A program made the translations under genes and the position numbers. The notes beneath the pieces were generated by a model. The model saw only the letters and a list, made by a program, of their open reading frames with translations. It did not search any database and had not been told where the DNA came from. From Leptolyngbyaceae cyanobacterium (GTDB lineage: Bacteria; Cyanobacteriota; Cyanobacteriia; Cyanobacteriales; Aerosakkonemataceae), in NCBI GenBank assembly GCA_036703985.1, contig DATNQN010000123.1, positions 126,816-162,260 on the forward strand: a stretch of 35,445 bases of DNA, written 5' to 3'. This document shows positions 34,267-35,445 of the stretch, in pieces (the stretch's first letter is position 1; every line of letters begins with the position of its first letter).

Positions 34267-34417
34267 GGGGCTAGGGGCTAGGGGCTAGGGGAAGAGGGGA
34301 AAGGGAGAAAAGGGGAAAGAGAAAATTTTGTGGCTCTTGAATTCTGACTCCTGACTCCTTTCCTTACTCCTGAATTCTGAGTTCTGAATTCTGAATTCTG
34401 AATTCAGCCTTCATCCT
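34262..34417. repeat. composite heptamer arrays (GGGGCTA x3, purine-rich GGGGAAAGGGAGAAAAGGGGAAAGAG, then pyrimidine-rich CTGACTCCTGACTCC.., TGAATTC x4, CCTTCAT x2) forming an imperfect long hairpin between convergent NUDIX and rlmN genes
   Basis: Read from the sequence. The purine-rich left arm partly complements the pyrimidine-rich right arm. The rlmN TGA stop (34418-34420) lies inside the terminal CCTTCATCC unit. Confidence 0.75.
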
Positions 34418-35445
34418 TCATCCTTTAGTTGCTCTTAATTGTCCGCAAGCGGCATCTGCTTCTAATCCTCGCGAATAGCGGACGCTAACTGCAATATGTC
34501 GCTTTTCTAAAGCTGATACGAAAGCTTGAATGCGTTTAGCATTGGGTCTTTGATAATCAGCTTCGTGAATGGGATTGTAAGGAATCAAATTAACGTGACT
34601 TTGGAAACCTTTTATATATTCAGCTAATTCTTGGGCGTGTTCTGGTAAATCATTTAATCCGGCCAAGAGAATATATTCAAAAGTTACTCTTCTGCCAGTT
34701 ATTTTTACATATTCCCGACATTCGGATAGCAAAGTTTCGATCGGATAATGTTTGGCACTGGGAATTAGTTTTTCTCGTAAAGTTTGATTGGATGCGTGCA
34801 GACTAACTGCTAAAGTAACTTGCAATTGATATTCTGCTAAACTGCGAATTTTACCAGGAATGCCAACCGTAGAAATAGTGATTCCTCGTTGTCCAATACC
34901 GACATCTTGATTGAGGGATTTGACGGCTCCAACTACATGATCTACATTCAATAATGGTTCGCCCATACCCATAAAGACAATGTGGCTGACGCGACGTTGA
35001 AAATCTTCTTGAACGGTGAGAACTTGATCGATTATTTCGTGGCGGGCTAGGTTGCGAATGAAACCGCCTTTGCCGGTGGCGCAGAAGTCGCACGCCATTG
35101 GACAACCAACTTGGGAAGAAACGCAAACAGTTAAGCGTTTTTCGGAGGGAATACCGACAGTTTCAATGATGTTTCCATCGTCAAGTTTGAGTAAATATTT
35201 GACGGTTTCATCGCTGGCAACTGAGCGATAATGAATAGTTGCTCGACCAATGTTTATGTCTGCTAAATCTTCTCGCCATTGTTTGGGAAAAACTGTAATT
35301 TCGGCAAGATTACGGATTCCTTTTTCATAAATCCATTGATGTAATTGACGACCTCGATATGCTGGTTGTCCTTGTTGTTTTACCCAATCGGTTAATTCTG
35401 TTAAATTTGCACCGAGTAGGGGTGGGGAGATGGGGGGATGGGGGG
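34418..35445 (-). CDS. rlmN: 23S rRNA (adenine2503-C2)-methyltransferase / tRNA m2A37 methyltransferase RlmN, radical SAM; 5' end runs off the window
   Basis: The radical-SAM CxxxCxxC motif reads ..[16 protein letters not shown]. Manual translation upstream of the ORF-track M (35098) stays open to the window edge and gives the RlmN N-terminal domain (..[50 protein letters not shown]..). The C-terminal Cys reads ..ADAACGQL. Confidence 0.9.
   Translation of the reverse strand, partial: PHPPISPPLLGANLTELTDWVKQQGQPAYRGRQLHQWIYEKGIRNLAEITVFPKQWREDLADINIGRATIHYRSVASDETVKYLLKLDDGNIIETVGIPSEKRLTVCVSSQVGCPMACDFCATGKGGFIRNLARHEIIDQVLTVQEDFQRRVSHIVFMGMGEPLLNVDHVVGAVKSLNQDVGIGQRGITISTVGIPGKIRSLAEYQLQVTLAVSLHASNQTLREKLIPSAKHYPIETLLSECREYVKITGRRVTFEYILLAGLNDLPEHAQELAEYIKGFQSHVNLIPYNPIHEADYQRPNAKRIQAFVSALEKRHIAVSVRYSRGLEADAACGQLRATKG

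Noticed and set aside
1-35445. tRNA, rRNA, RNase P, tmRNA and SRP RNA genes
   Set aside because: I scanned ORF-free gaps by eye for tRNA T-arm (GTTCGA/GGTTCGAATCC) and other signature strings and found none. This is a manual check only, so small ncRNAs cannot be excluded.
1-35445. Insertion sequences, integrases, prophage or defence islands
   Set aside because: There is no transposase, integrase, restriction-modification, toxin-antitoxin or phage structural gene. The only mobile-type features are the non-autonomous MITE-like elements and small repeats.

Overview
This 35.4-kb window is chromosomal DNA from a cyanobacterium, probably a filamentous one. The evidence is very frequent HIP1 octamers (GCGATCGC), many tandem heptanucleotide (STRR-type) arrays including the classic TTGGTCA unit, a ycf34 gene and a PEP-CTERM protein. 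The coding content is mostly housekeeping: PhoD-like phosphatase, gyrA, lnt, cysH, tsaB, a CCA-adding enzyme, cbiT, cdsA, a pseudouridine synthase, a RodZ-like protein, malQ, a NUDIX hydrolase and rlmN, which runs off the right edge. Interspersed with these are three secreted or surface proteins: a 1335-aa TpsA-like exoprotein with a haemagglutination-activity domain and no TpsB partner in the window, an RTX-repeat protein with a degenerate HEXXH motif, and a PEP-CTERM protein. I found no rRNA, tRNA, CRISPR array, transposase or integrase. The most distinctive feature is a dense layer of small repeats. (1) A 26-bp palindromic short dispersed repeat (SDR), GTAGTGAGGACTTTAGTCCTCACTAC, occurs at four loci. 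(2) GC-rich mini-palindromes of the form C(5-7)TT...AAG(5-7) are present. (3) Two copies of a ~140-bp MITE-like element have 19-bp terminal inverted repeats and TA flanks. (4) Many heptamer arrays are present, several forming long imperfect hairpins between convergent genes. Some of these repeats sit inside intact reading frames (four in one FGGY kinase gene, two in lnt, one in tsaB) or supply the stop codon (FGGY kinase, tsaB, rlmN). I could not identify a clearly new multi-gene system from sequence alone. The repeat/CDS interplay, the orphan TpsA with a 700-bp structured leader, and the RTX pseudo-metalloprotease are the items most worth follow-up.
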